From NCBI GenBank assembly GCA_030264375.1, contig JASCQW010000166.1, positions 15,344,512 to 15,408,511 on the forward strand: DNA of 64,000 nt. The letters run 5' to 3'. The notes beneath the pieces are model-generated. The model was not told where the DNA came from. It saw nothing but the letters and a program-made list of their open reading frames with translations, and searched no databases. The position numbers and the translations under genes were made by a program. Shown here piece by piece: positions 46,351-59,575 of the stretch (its first letter is position 1; every line of letters begins with the position of its first letter). This DNA is from Carcharhinus longimanus. Its lineage: Eukaryota.

Positions 46351-47009
46351 TCTGTTCATAGGAGGAGAGGGGGGGAGGCGGTGTTGGCAGGATTGATCTT
46401 TGCAGGTTGAGAATGATGGGAAAATAGAATGTGCCATGATTCTCATCACAGCTCATTTCGTTGAATTTGAGCAGAGTAATTTTGGTGCAAAAAGAAGTCT
46501 GGAATATAGAATTTTTTACTTTGGAGACAAATACGAGATAGTGACGGGCAAATCTTGGAGAGGAAAAAAGGCTTGAAGACACTAATTGGCAGTGATAAAA
46601 GGGTTTTGAATGATGTCAGTTGTTGAAAACTGATGTGACAATCTGATTGAGATCAGAACCTTGTCATGTACTGAATCAGAGGCTTTGAAGTGACGTCAGA
46701 ATGCTGCAGTGTAGTAATGAATCGTGTGGGTTCGGTTGTAGGTGGTGTGTGGCATTATACTTGTAGGATTGGAAATGTTGGAATTGGCAGTTTAAATTTG
46801 ATAGTGTGTGATATTTCATTTGAGCTCAAAAGTTCACAGAGATTTAAAAGCAATGTGATCTTGGTCACAGCCCTGACAATCATGGTTACCCATACAATGG
46901 CACTTCTGTTAGTAGTGCTGTAGCGATGCCTTTTCTGAACCTAATTTTGTCCTGACATTCAGTTTATAAATGCATTAGTATCTTAACGCAGGCTGAACTT
47001 TAAACAGGT

Positions 47010-47500
47010 CTCTCTACCGCCACAACCACTTACAATACACCTCTGCAATATCTTCCACCTCTGCCTCTACCCCCTTTGAAAACTTCATCCGTGCCTTTAT
47101 CATTTTGTGATCAGTTGTGTTTTTAAAGCTCGCTTTCTTAGCTTTTCAGCTCACCCTGGTGAAGTTCTCAGGTTTCTAGAATTCTCTGGCCTGCATCCCA
47201 TGAGACATTCTGTATCATTCCTGCCCTTACTTATTTCTTACTCTGCGCACTTGTTTGAATATCTACTTTATTATGTTCACATCCCTCTGTGGTTTTGCTG
47301 CACCCTCCATCTGAAATATTCCCCAGCTCTCTGTCCCAGCACATACCTTTCACTTTCCAGAATCTGGTCCATATAATGAACTTTCAAAAACATCTGCTAA
47401 AATGCCACAAATTAGGCTTGTTAGCTTGTTCCTGTAAAGCACCTCGGGGACATTTTGTTTTGTAAAAATTGGCATAGCAATTACTACAGCTGCGATCAAC
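47010..47500 (+). mobile_element. L2 3' fragment, decayed
   Basis: cacctctgcaatatc, gaaaacttcatccgtgccttt, cctgtaaagcacctcggggacattt tail. Confidence 0.55.
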
Positions 47501-48219
47501 ATTATTTGTTTTGTATTTCTTTCAGATCATTGTTGTTGTCGAGAAAAAAATGGGGCATTTACTTTAAAATGTTGGCTGAAAACAAGGCCAGTAACATGCA
47601 AGCAGTTTTACTTCAAACAAGAGTAATTACGATTGTGTTGTGTGTTTTGCTTTGGAATGCTTATTCAAGAATAAAAGATGTTCTGTATGCTTGGATTCCA
47701 GGTTCACTTGAAATGTTAAAGGCAGCATTTAAACTGGGTTGAGCAGCAGCCTATTGCTATTCAAAACCACATTTCTGGGACAATCCAAAAGGAATGGCAG
47801 CATAAGATGATCACAGTATTATAATATTTAGCTGTTTGGCAGAGGTTGTTGTCGAAACATATGTATTCAACTCTCAACATGATTTTGTGAATTAACTGCT
47901 AGATTTCCAATTTGTCAAATTTTGATTGATTTCCTACAAACTTTTATCAGCTTAGTGGTTCAGCGACCTGCTCCCAAACCTCTGCCAGTGCTGCCCCACA
48001 GGTTGCAGGTGGAAACGTTCTGCTGTGTTAAAGGTGCTACGGTCCGTGCAGCTAGTTGTTGCAGGGAGCCATCTCCCGATGCCTCGGTAACTTAAAGCAT
48101 GGATAAGGTTTGGTTATCTGAACTGTTGTTGGGGAAAATCTGTTATAGTTTAGCATTATTCAACTTGGCACCCTCTGCTTTGCAATTTGACCGATAATAC
48201 AGAACACCAAGGTCTAGCA

Positions 48220-48585
48220 TTTATTTAGTGTCTCATATATCTTCAGCTATTCTAAATTGCTTCACGGCTGGTGAATGACTTTTAATGTTGTCATTTTCTT
48301 GCTGTAAACAAACTCAATGAAATTACACCCGCTCAGTCCCATAAAGATACAGCGAAATAATTAACCAGTTAATCTGTTTATTATGTGTGATTGAGGGATG
48401 AATGTTGGCTCAGCAACTGAGGAGCCATACTCTTTGTAGTGTGAGAACTTGCAGGCAGAAAGCCTCAGACTAATTGAAGTGCAGTCTGCCTTCAGTCCTG
48501 CACTGGGATATCAGCTTCATTATCTCAAGTCCTGCTGTCGCGTTGCCTACTGATTTGAGTAGCCAGAGTGATATGAACTGAACCA
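48220..48585 (-). mobile_element. DeuSINE, decayed
   Basis: gcttcacggctggtgaatgactttt, accagttaatctgttt, ttgagggatgaatgttggc, ccttcagtcctgcactgg. Confidence 0.6.
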
Positions 48586-50434
48586 TCAGCATGAACCTGT
48601 TAATTAATGGTGTTAATTTGTTTGTTATTGGCGTGAATGCTAATTGAGAGATGATGGTAGCAGTGTGAAATTTACGCGTGACAATAAACACCCTTGCTCT
48701 GGCTTTGTGGTTGGAGTAATCTATCCTTTGTATTTTTCTCAATTGTAACAGAATCATTAAGTGATTAAACTATTCTGCGTCAATCCCCACAAGTTGGGAG
48801 GTAGGATCCAGGGTTGACCTGGTTGACCAACTTTTGTACCTGGTTGGATCTCCATACACAAGATTGCGGTGACCACACATCCAAGCATGCAATCTCGCAA
48901 CGAGCAACTGTCACTAATGATTTTCCTTCTCCCTCTAAAGCTTCAGAAATCAAGACAAACCTTGTTAGCGGTACTTAAACCTGCATGTAAATAGATGTGA
49001 ACACAGATAATCGGAGAAATCGGAAGAAGAATGATTCAAAGTAGTGAGAGTGAAGCAAAAGGTGGAGAGGAGAAACTGTGAATGCCATTTTGTCTGTGCA
49101 GTGAAGCTGACAGTAATCGGTCTATATCCACAATGATAGAAGNNNNNNNAGAAGCAGGAGCAATGCTTAGGCTGCGGTGTTGTTTGCAAGATTGGGAATA
49201 AACACACGGTGTACAAACACACAGAGAGAACTGCTCACTACCAGGATGATTATTTGTGACTTTGAGTCTAAACTGACAAGCAGGTTTCCAGTGTGTTAAA
49301 TTTGGAAAAAAATGAGTTTGATGGCTGGGGGCTTTACTTCAGGCCAACTGTTTTCAGCCAATAGTCATGTGTGGATTTGCCTGATTCTGATGATTTCAGA
49401 TGAGTAACTGGTTGAAAGAGCTTCTACCTCTAGTTACTAGGAGACTGTCTTGATAAGCAGAGGATGATGGATTTGAAACAGCCACATCAATGGTATTCAG
49501 GCAGCAAGTCTGATTAAAGCATGGACGGGCTGACCATATTGACCTGAGTGATCAATGCTGCTTTCATCGAGTTTGTGCTTTATGCTGGTAGGCAATGCCC
49601 CATTCTTCTCGTCAAATCACAATTGAAATTCTTGTATCACATATATGGCATATGTTGTCAGCTCCAGGTTTAGCTGTGCCATTCAGGGGAGAGTCAAAAA
49701 GCACCAAGCATTTAGACTCCTGAGAGGCCATCAAGCAATTTCCACACAACGGATTGCTGCTCTTGTGTATTGTTTAATCGACTGAGCAAAACTTTCAGGA
49801 AACAAATGCAGATGAATAGATACGCCCTTCTGCTCTTGGAGTTCACATAGAGGTCATGGGTGTGACTGGCTGACGCCAAGCAAGCTTGTTTTGCTCTGGA
49901 AATTCCCAGAGGCACATTAGACCCAGACAAGATTCTTTATATGCTGCCCTACCCAAGGCAACAAAATCATGTTATCAAATCCAGGGGAATAAAATGTTCT
50001 CAAAACTCGCTGCTGGTTCCCTCAGTCTAGGCCAGCCCTTTCTTTCCCTATAGCTCTCCATGATACAAATACCGAACTGCACAGTTACAGTGACCCACAA
50101 AGCCCTTACCAGCACTCCTATATCATACACCATCCTTGCTTATACTAAATTTGTGACTACATTCACCTATGTCATGGCTGATAGTGATCAGTTTATTCTT
50201 CTCACGAAGCTTGACCTCTGACATGAAATTCATCCTCATTGTCACGAACTGTTTCCTGCACTCGCGCTTGCACTCGCATGCTCACACTATCCCTTGCAGT
50301 TGCTTACCCGACCTTCATTCTTACCTCAGTCAAGCTCTCACTGCACTATATCCATATTTCCTCACCTCAAGTGAACTCGTTAGTTTCCAAATCCTGGGAT
50401 TCTCCCTTCCCAGTCCTTTGGTTCAGGTTATCAC

Positions 50435-50700
50435 AGTACCGTAGAATTGTTACGATGCAGAAGGGGAGCATTCGGCTTATCGTATCTGCACTAGCTCTCC
50501 AAATGAGCATTATGACTTTGCCATTTCCCCATACCCTTATGCACTGTTTCCATTCAAATAATCATTAATTCCCTTGAATGCCTCCACCGCACTTCCAGGC
50601 TGTGCATTCCAGACTCAAACAAGTCACTTCTTTTGCAAATCACTTTAAATCTGTGTCTTCTCGTTCTTGACCCCTTTATGAGACAGGAACAGATTCTTCT
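50435..50700 (-). mobile_element. CR1 3' end
   Basis: gatgcagaagggg-agcattcgg...cctccaccgcacttccaggctgtgcattccagac...cactttaaatctgtgtc. Confidence 0.7.
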
Positions 50701-52130
50701 GCTATTGCGTTGCCACATCTGGCCAAGAATGCTTATGGACAGTTAAGCAGCTAATGGCAGGAGGAGCCTTCATAAACATCCAGTGCTCAATGATGACAGA
50801 GCCCTGCACCAAAGATAAGATTATTTTCAGCCAAAATTGCCAGCCTTTTCTTCAGGTTATCACTATCGTAGCATCCAGTGTTCAGCCCATTTGATTCACT
50901 TAATGTGATAGCTGGATAATCTGATAAAGTGATCAACTCTGGTGACACTCCAGCTATGTGTCGAGACTCGTTCTTGAGAACTACCTGTACCATTTCAGTC
51001 CAGATGCAGCACTGGGATCCACATGACAAAGTGGATAATTGCCAAGACATTTTGCGTTGACGAAGAGCAAACCAAGATAGTGCCCCACCAGTCTAGTCTC
51101 AATCAGCATCAGTAATGGTTGACAATGCTTTCAAGCTTCGTTTGCTTATCGGTGTTCAGTTTGGGTTTCACTTGGATCACTCTGCTCCAGAACTCAGCCC
51201 TGGTCCAAACATGGACAGAGCAGCTGAACGCCAGAAGTGAGCTGAGAGTTTCTGCCCTTGATATCAAGGCAGTATTTGACTGTGGTGCATCCTGAAGCTT
51301 TAGTTAAATTGAAGTCAGTGAAAATCAGGGGCAAGGCTTTTCGCTGGTTGGAGTCATACTGAGCACAAAGAAGGTGGTGTGGTTTTTGGAGATCAATTAT
51401 CTCAGTTCCAAGTTCTGTCAAAGTTCCTCCATGCACTATTCTTTGTGTCTTCAGATGTTTCATTGATGACCTTCCCACCATTATATGTTCAGAAGTAGGA
51501 ATGTTTACCAATGATTGCAGTGTTCAGTTCTGCAAATCCACAGATGATGAAACAGTCTATTGCTTGCATGCAGACCTGGACAAGATTTCGGCTTGGGCTG
51601 ATAAGTGGCGAATAACATTTATCCCACTCGAGTACCAGATAACATCACCTCCAGCAAGAGAGTCTGAGCTCTTCCCTGTCACATTCAGTGGCATTACCCA
51701 CTACTAAATTCTGCACAATCAGCTTCCTGGAGTCGTCATTGACCTGAAACGAAACTGGAGAGGCGGCCCAAAGACTCATGGCTACAGGAGCAGGTTCAAA
51801 ACTATCCATTTGATCAGCACTCCAATCTCTACCATCTTAAACATTCACTCATTATACCATTGGCACACTGTGGCTGCCATGTGCACCATCTACATGATGC
51901 ACTGCAGCAGCAACTTTTTGCAACACTTCCAAAGCCTGTGATCTCTTTCATTAAGTAGGTCAAGGGCAAGCAGGTATGTTGGAACACCATCACTTCCAAG
52001 TTCCCCTCTTGAGTGATGCACTACTCTGACTTGGAAATAAATCATCATTCTTTCATTGTCAATGGAGCTCCCTGCCTAAGCTAAGTGCTGGTGTTGTCAA
52101 TAGCTCTCATTTCCCACAAATAAAAATTGT
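50700..52130 (+). mobile_element. Second CR1-group LINE family, ORF2 fragment to 3' end
   Basis: cttgatatcaaggcagtatttgactgtgg (LDIKAVFD), RWLESY, FIDDLP, GMFTNDC, HADLDKISAWADKWRITF. Confidence 0.85.
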
Positions 52131-53391
52131 TGGTTTTTGGAAGCCTATGTAACTTGTCTACCAAAACCCTGTAATTTGCTGTGTTCAGTCATAAAATTTC
52201 TCATTCCACGTGTAACATGTTTTCCCCTCAGACCATCTGTGGCACACAACTTTTGTAGTACAAATTCACCAGAACTCTTTAACATGAGTAACTCAGCATG
52301 GCTGATTTGAGAAAAACAAGGAGATCTTGTGTGTGAACTGGAATCAATTATTTTGGATAGTACAGCAGAGAATTCAGGTGTGTGTGTGGTCCATGCTCAC
52401 CTACAGCATATTTTGTTGTCAAAGCAGATATACATTCATGGGGGTGTACTTCAATTAATTTGAGGAAACTCTCTGCCTTTTGATGTGTGGACTGTTTCTT
52501 GGTTTGGAGCTGCTGGCAAAGGCATGTTCCAGCTATTGGCTCATGGGTCATGGCAAGGGTTAATCATTCTCTTTAGCACAGATACATGTAATATTTCCAT
52601 GTCAGTGCTGTTTTAGTAGGGTGGAACTGTGAAAACATTGAGCTCTGATCACAGCAGTCGCTCTTTAAACTCTGTGACCTGTCATGTCAATGTTACAGCA
52701 GGGCCTGCCTGGGAGTGGGAGTTGTATTAGTTAACCTGTGCTCTCCACAATACTGAATGCTACTTTGTCAGTCAGTTGGGATGAGCGTACATTACTGGGT
52801 GGCCTGGAATGGCAAACAGTCCTGTTTTCTGAGCCAAAGGAGGAGAATTTAATCCTCTTCTGTGCTGAATTATTACATGTAAGAGATTATCAGATGAGCA
52901 GACAGTTTTGCTTCTTCCATAATCCCTCAGGTGCTTTGAATCAGGTGAGCAGTTGTATTTTTCATTTAGATGGCAGCACATCATGCAGTTGAAATGCCCC
53001 CCAAGCTTTTACACAAAGGTCTGGATTTTACACAAGGTTTTGATGGTGAGCTGTCAACATGTATCAGTGTTGCCCTTCTTAAGTAGCTTCAAGATTTAGA
53101 GCAAGTGAAGATTAATGTGAAGATCCTGAAATTGCTCTTAGTTGCTCCTCCAGAGATTGTGCTGTGGCCCTGCAACTCCCTTACTTTTGCTAGAAGTGAA
53201 ACATGGGATTCCATTCAGACCTTTTCCTAATGAGTTGTCTGAAAATTGGTTGCTTAGCTCGATGACATCCACCTGCATGTCAGGGCTTTCTGAAAAAGGT
53301 CACTGGTGAGCATCCTTGGTTCACTGCTCACCACCTTAAAATCCAGTCCATTGAATTGATGTTCAAAGGGCCCGAATGGCTTGTTTTATGA

Positions 53392-53685
53392 TTTTTGGAG
53401 GAGACATTAAACTGGTGCCCCATCTGCCTGCTCAACAGAATGAACAAGATTTCATCAAGCTACTAAAAGAGCAGCGGAGCTCTCCTGTTGACCTGATAAA
53501 TGTTTATCCATCAGCCACAAAATGAAAAATACACTACAGGATACCGTTAATAGTTTTGGATCTTGCGGTGTGCAAATTGGATGCTGCATTTGCCAACATG
53601 ACATAGTGGAGAATGTGATAAAGATAGTTCTTGAAACTTAAAAATATTGTCTCATGAAAGGTACAAAATAAATGCCAGATTTTTT
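53392..53685 (+). mobile_element. DeuSINE, Deu domain to tail
   Basis: ggaggagacattaaactggtgccccatctgcctgctca, aagagcagcggagctctcc, ggatcttgcggtgtgcaaattggatgc, catgaaaggtac..taaatgc. Confidence 0.7.
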
Positions 53686-54157
53686 TCCTGATTTTTGTCC
53701 ACTGTCAGTTTTTATTCAAATGCCATGTTCACTTCATGGCATATTTATTTGAGGTGAGGTAAACACGTTATCCAGTGAAGTGAGGATGGTGGTGTTGCCA
53801 AAGACTTGCAATCACTGTGATTTACACCACTTGACATGTCAGATAATGGACACTGCTTGTACCTGATGAATTGACCATTTTTCACAAATGGGCCTTAGCT
53901 CAATAGCACCGAAATACATTTTCCTGATTCCACCCACGACACTGTGTTACTAACTAACCTGCTGTTCCCAAAGGAGCGAGCAGCAGTCACACAATTTCCT
54001 ACATAATCAGGTGAAAAACACTTGTGCGTTCTGTCTATGTTGCCATCTGTTAGAATTGGCAAATTGGAGTCAGAATCACCCACAATTCCTGGTAGCTATC
54101 TTCAGACCAGCAAAAACGGGTATGTGGGAGCATTTTCACTTCCTTGTTTTTGAGTTA

Positions 54158-54496
54158 AGAACATAAGAACGTAAGAAATAGGAGCAGGAGTAGGCCATCT
54201 AGCCCTTCGAGCCTGCCCCACCATTCCACAAGATCGTGGCTGCTCTGAAGTGGTTCAGTTCCACTTTCCCGCTTTCTCCCCATAATCCTTAATTTCCTTA
54301 TCTATCAGAAACCTATCTACCCGTGACTTAAATATATTCAGTGAGGTAGCCTCCACCACTTCAATGGGCAGAGAATTNNNNNNNNNNNNNNNNNNNNNNN
54401 NNNNNNNNNNNNNNNNNNNNNNNNNNNNNNNNNNNNNNNNNNNNNNNNNNNNNNNNNNNNNNNNNNNNNNNNNNNNNGCTGTGCCCTCTCGTTCTG
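54158..54496 (-). mobile_element. Young CR1 3' end (spans a gap), same subfamily as 35833-36090
   Basis: aagaacataagaacgtaagaaataggagcaggagtaggccatc; NSLPIEVVEATSLNIFKSRVDRFLIDKEIKDYG. Confidence 0.9.
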
Positions 54497-56308
54497 GTGC
54501 CTTTGAGTTGAGTCTATCTTTCTGGAAACCCAGTTGGGAAAAATGCAGAGGAAGTAAGATCCATAGTTTAGGCGTGGTATGTTTTACCACACACACTCAA
54601 GCCAGTAATTTCAGCTTGATGTTCTCTGTATGCTCTTTCACAAGTGCATTACGTACCGCAGCTGGACATTTCCTAGGATGTGCCACAAAATACCAGATAC
54701 ACAACAAATCTGTGGAATTTATTTCAGCCAGTCTTAATACGTATGCGCATTCTGGTGTATTTGAATATTCCATGTTCAGAATCTCACGAGATGTAATTTA
54801 ATCAATGGGTGCCAATGAATACAATTCTATCAGTAATAACAGCTTTGTCGGTCAGGTTATTTTGTAACTCCAGATGCTGCAACGTGAAGCTTTGTTCCAG
54901 TGTTTGTCACATGGTACTTTCCTGATCTTGTCTGTGCAGGCTAGTGAGATGAAGCATCTGCTCTCTGAAATGAAAAATGGGAGTACAAGTCACCCCAGAC
55001 TGCACCTGTGTATCTCCCAGGGGCTTGACATGGAGCAGCATTTACTGATCTGTCTGCCTCAGGCAGAAATTGGTGCAAGATGTTACAGGAAGACTAACCC
55101 GAAGTGCAGGGGGAAGCAGGCTTTTAAAAACAAGGATCAAGTAAAATAAATTTACACTCCACAGACAAGGGATCCCTTTTAAAGGAATCTCAACTCATGA
55201 GAGACTAATTACCAAACCGTTTTTCATTTATTCCCACGCAATGCACTAATATAAATTATGTTGGGATACATCAGTGCCATCTTATCCCTCGCAACATGCA
55301 CCAGTGAAGAACTCCACGAGGGATTAGTGAACTGCATTACATGAGGAACACCTCATTTCGGCACTCGTGATATCTTTCAGCGTTGACTTTCAAACTCAGT
55401 TTTAGTTTTGCTTTTGTGTGCTGTCAATTGGCTGCACTAAAGTATATTTATTTGTGAGAGGATTACAGATCAGCTGAATCTGTCAGTATTTTAGCTCAGA
55501 AAATTTGCTGAGAAGTTTTTGAAAATGAGGTTTTGAAGTATGCAGTGTGTTTAATATATGCATATTTGGTATTTTGGCTCTTTTTGTTGCTTATTGAGGC
55601 CCCAGATGTTATATCCTACATGGTCACTAATGCTGTATTCATCTTCTTTTGGAAATGAAATTGAATTTGAAGGAGTATTCAAACCTTGGATTTGGAAGTT
55701 TTCTGATTTGTGAGCAAACTTGAACCTGGCTACATCAATTAGATTTGAATATTTATAGGTATAAATTGCTAATAACATAATCAAAGCATCAGTAATTTCA
55801 CCCCTGGTTATGTATCATTACAAAATGGCCTTTGTAACTGCAAACCTGATTTTAAATGATTTTCAGAAACCCGATTATATCATGTGTCGGATTAGTTATA
55901 AAAAATGCTAACTTAATACCACTAACAAGTTGAGCGTTTAGTAAGCATAGTCATAGAAAGTTCACAACTTGGAATCCCACGCTTAAATTATGAGTGGTAT
56001 TTTGTAGGGATTGGATAGACAATGCAGTGGTTTGTGTTCCCAACATGCATTTCATTGTATAAAAGCAGATAAACTGATCGATTGCTTAGTTTCTCTGCTC
56101 AGCTCTCTGGAGGGAGTCACAAGATTGACAATTAACCCCCTTACCTTATTTATAGAATCGATATTAAAAAGAATAAGCAGTGGTGAGATTAAAAGCTCGA
56201 AACATAGGTTCACAGAAAAAAAGGTACATTGCTGTAATAACCAGATCTGATTAATGACTGCGATAATGGCATTTGACTGAGAAATTCATGGTGTTCCAAG
56301 AGAACTGC

Positions 56309-56386
56309 TTAAAGTTTATTTATTTGCATCATCACATGTCAGCTGACATGAACACTGCAATGAAGTTACTGTGACAATCCCCAAGT
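56309..56386 (-). mobile_element. Tail-B SINE 3' fragment
   Basis: ttaaagtttatttattt...aacactgcaatgaagttactgtgacaatcccc. Confidence 0.7.
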
Positions 56387-56541
56387 TATTAATGGCAAAT
56401 CTGCTGAGAAGAACTCAACAGGGCCAAAAAGCAAGAACTAATTCAACTGTGATTTTGAGTAATAAGTTGTACTTTCTGCTGTGCTGGAGAAATAAAAGCC
56501 AACTGTTGATCCTAGTGTTAAAGAATTAAAAACGCACATTA

Positions 56542-56620
56542 AAAGCACAAAATGCTGGATAAACTCGGCAGGTCTGACAACATCTGTGGAGGGAGAAACA
56601 TCATTAATGTTTAGAGTCCA
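56542..56620 (-). mobile_element. Penelope-like terminal fragment
   Basis: aaatgctggataaactcggcaggtctgacaacatctgtggaggg is the antisense of the terminus at 27200-27235. Confidence 0.65.
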
Positions 56621-57298
56621 CAAGAAGTTGTACAAGGCATTGTTAAGGCCAAACTTGGAATACTGTGTACAGTTCTGGTCACCCAATTATAGAAAGGATA
56701 TTATTAAACTAGACAGAGTGCAGAAAAGATTTACTCGGATGCTACCGGGACTTGATGGTTTGAGTTTGGAGAGGCTGTATAGAGTGGGACTTTTTTTCCA
56801 TGGAGCGTAGGAGGCTTAGGGGTGATCTTATAGAGGTGTGTAAAATAATGAGGGGCATAGATCAGCTAGATAGTCAATATTATTTCCCAAAGGTAGGGAT
56901 ATCTAAAACTAGAGGTCATAGGTTTAAGGTGAGAGGCAAGAGTTACAGAAGGGTCCAGAAGGGCAATTGTTTCACACTGAGGGTGGTGAGTTTCTGAAAC
57001 GAGCTGCTAGAGGCGGGTAGAATTTTGACTGCTAAAAAGCATTTTGACAGTTACATGGGTAAAATGGTATAGAGGGATATGGGTCAAATGTGGGGAATTG
57101 GAATTAGCTNNNNNNNNNNNNNNNNNNNNNNNNNNNNNNNNNNNNNNNNNNNNNNNNNNNNNNNNNNNNNNNNNNNNNNNNNNNNNNNNNNNNNNNNNNN
57201 NNNNNNNNNGAATTAGCTTAGTGGCTTAAAACAAAAAGGAGCGGCATGGACAACTTGGACCAAAGGGCCTGTTTCCATGCTGTAAAGCTCTATGACTC
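56621..57298 (+). mobile_element. CR1 3' fragment (ORF2 C-terminus + UTR, spans a gap)
   Basis: KLYKALLRPNLEYCVQFWSPNYRKDIIKLDRVQKRFTRMLPGL; RRRLRGDLIEVCKIMRG...TRGHRFKVRG; tail ctctatgactct. Confidence 0.92.
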
Positions 57299-58337
57299 TT
57301 CTTCAGAATCTCACATGGCCCCACCCAGTATTTTTCTCATGGCGTGCAATTTAATTTTGTAGAAATTGATATCCTTTCGATTGGCTCCGTTACATTCCAT
57401 CTGTGTGACATCAGCTACGTGGCTGCCTCCTCAAAAGTCACTCTGGAGGCAAGGACACTTGCTCACCTGATTTGCAAGTGGTATTTAAAAAATGATGTGA
57501 CTGAATTGTGGCCAGTAGATTTTTATTGTGGGGGAAAACTCAGAATGATAGCCACAAGACCACTATTGACTCATTGCAGAAAAACAAACTAATTTGAGCC
57601 TTATTTTATGCAGTTATTTAACATTAAAAGGAATACATTTGCATTCCTGGTGTTTCTGCCCCTCACCTTGGCAAAATCAGGTACCCAACACTAAATGATA
57701 GAGAACATCTCTCGGGATTATGAATTGATTTGCAGTAAGTATTTGCATCATCAGTTAAGTTGCTGAGGTACAAGGACCAATGAATTTGCAATATACAAGA
57801 GGAAGCTGATCAGCAAACTTGGCTGGCTGCCTAACGCGGAGTACTGGCCTGGGACCAGGCTCTTTTCGCTGCCTTTCCAGCTCTTGTTTATTTTCCTCAC
57901 TGCTTCACAAGTAATTTAGGAATTTCAAAGCATCAACCGTTGAAGTGTTCCTATGTGTTCAATGGGCCATCTGATAGTGAAGCCCCACAGAGCATGAAAT
58001 GAAGCACAGAAGTTAATAATGAAAGTCGTCTAGCTTTGGAACAGGTTATAAAAAGGCAGGTAGAGTATGTGTTCCCACACACTTGTCATTGCAACCCTCC
58101 CTCTCTATTACCAGTAGCTTGGTGTGTGAGACAGGTCTCAGATGACTTGATATTGTATGTCTCTCTGTCCAGAGTTTGAGGCACTGAACACTCAATGGTA
58201 CAGCAATTTGAGATGGCATTCAATCTTTTTGTTGAATGTGTTTGTGATTAGCCCATCGAGTTCATGCATACTTGGGTACTGAGCACCAGTATAATTTTAC
58301 TTATTCTCCTAACAACCTCCAATGGGAATGGTGCATC

Positions 58338-58629
58338 GTAGAATCCCTACAATACAGAAGGAGGCTATTCGACCTATCGAGTCTGCACTGACCCCAATCC
58401 CATCCTATCCCCGTAACGCAATGTATTTATACTGCAAGTCCTTTGACACTAATGGACAATTTAGCATGGATGATCAATCTAACCTATGCATCTTTGGACT
58501 GTGGGAGGAAACCGGAGCACCCGGAGGAAACACACACAGGCAAGGGGAGAATGTGCAGACTCCACACAGACAGTGACCTGGGCCACTGGCGCTGTGAGGC
58601 AACAGTGCTAACCACTGTGCCACCGTGCC
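58338..58629 (-). mobile_element. HE1-type V-SINE, near full length
   Basis: tagaatccctacaatacagaaggaggc (tail)...ctttggactgtgggaggaaaccggagcacccggaggaaac...gtgctaaccactgtgccaccgtgcc. Confidence 0.9.
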
Positions 58630-59139
58630 ATCCGATCGTTCAATGTTTGACTTGCATCAAGTGTCGCAAGGGTTTTTGCTTTAAATTCATAAATCCTTAT
58701 TTGATGGCTTTTAGCTGCTTAAACCAATCATCACTTGAATTGTTTTCAGAGACAGGACTCAAAACTCCCAACTGAGAAATAAGATACTTTCATAGTCTGA
58801 ACAAACTGTTTCTCTTCTGGGAGAATTCAACAAGAGAGCCAAATTTAATGCATGAATTGGAACTCAATTCATGCCATAATTTCTCTAAATACAGGTAAGA
58901 CTGGAACCATTCAACCTGACAACATCATCCTTGTAACCTTCCCATCAATTCCATTTCCCAGCCACCTCGTTGTCTCAGTGAACCTGAACATTATCTTCAA
59001 CCTCATGGTGATCTTCCAACTCCATCCTCTCTCCATTACGACAACCAACTACTTTCATCTGAATCATGTTACCTGTGCAGCCCATGTTTTGATAAAGCGC
59101 TTAATCTTTCGCCTCCATAAACTCATCCCAAATATTCCT

Positions 59140-59575
59140 ATCTTGCAGCAAATCCTATCCTCATTAATCTGAATTGGTCCAAACTCTGATCTGTAAATTA
59201 TTTCCAAATCCTGATCTGTAAATATTTTCATCCTGGCCTTGCCCCTTCTGATGTAATGTCATCAAGCCTTCACAACTATGTCCCTTTCTCACCCCTCCTA
59301 ACCCTTTAGAGTACTTTTCCTTGGGCTTTTTGTGCATTCCTTGATGCTTTGCTCCACCATTGATGTTTGAACATTCAGATGCCTAGGTCCTATCTTCTGG
59401 AGTTAATTTCATAAAATCCCTCTGCCCCTTTATCCCCTTATCCAAGTCCCATCCCAAATATCACAAACTAAGCTTTTGGTCACTTCTCCCATGTTCTTAG
59501 AACACTGCAAAGCAAGTTTGGATGTTTGTTCTGTACAAAAATGCTGTATAAACATAAGTTGTAGTTGTTTTTGTA
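59140..59575 (+). mobile_element. L2 3' fragment, decayed
   Basis: catcctggccttgcccct, ccaccattgatg, gcctaggtcctatcttctgg, aagcttttggtcac, gctgtataaacataagttgtagttg. Confidence 0.6.

Noticed and set aside
49340-49520. Possible C/D snoRNA or miRNA hairpin
   Set aside because: No clean RTGATGA/CTGA pair with a terminal stem and only weak imperfect pairing
54781-54792. atctcacgagat near-palindrome resembling the TCTCGCGAGA promoter motif
   Set aside because: Isolated, mismatched and not in a CpG island
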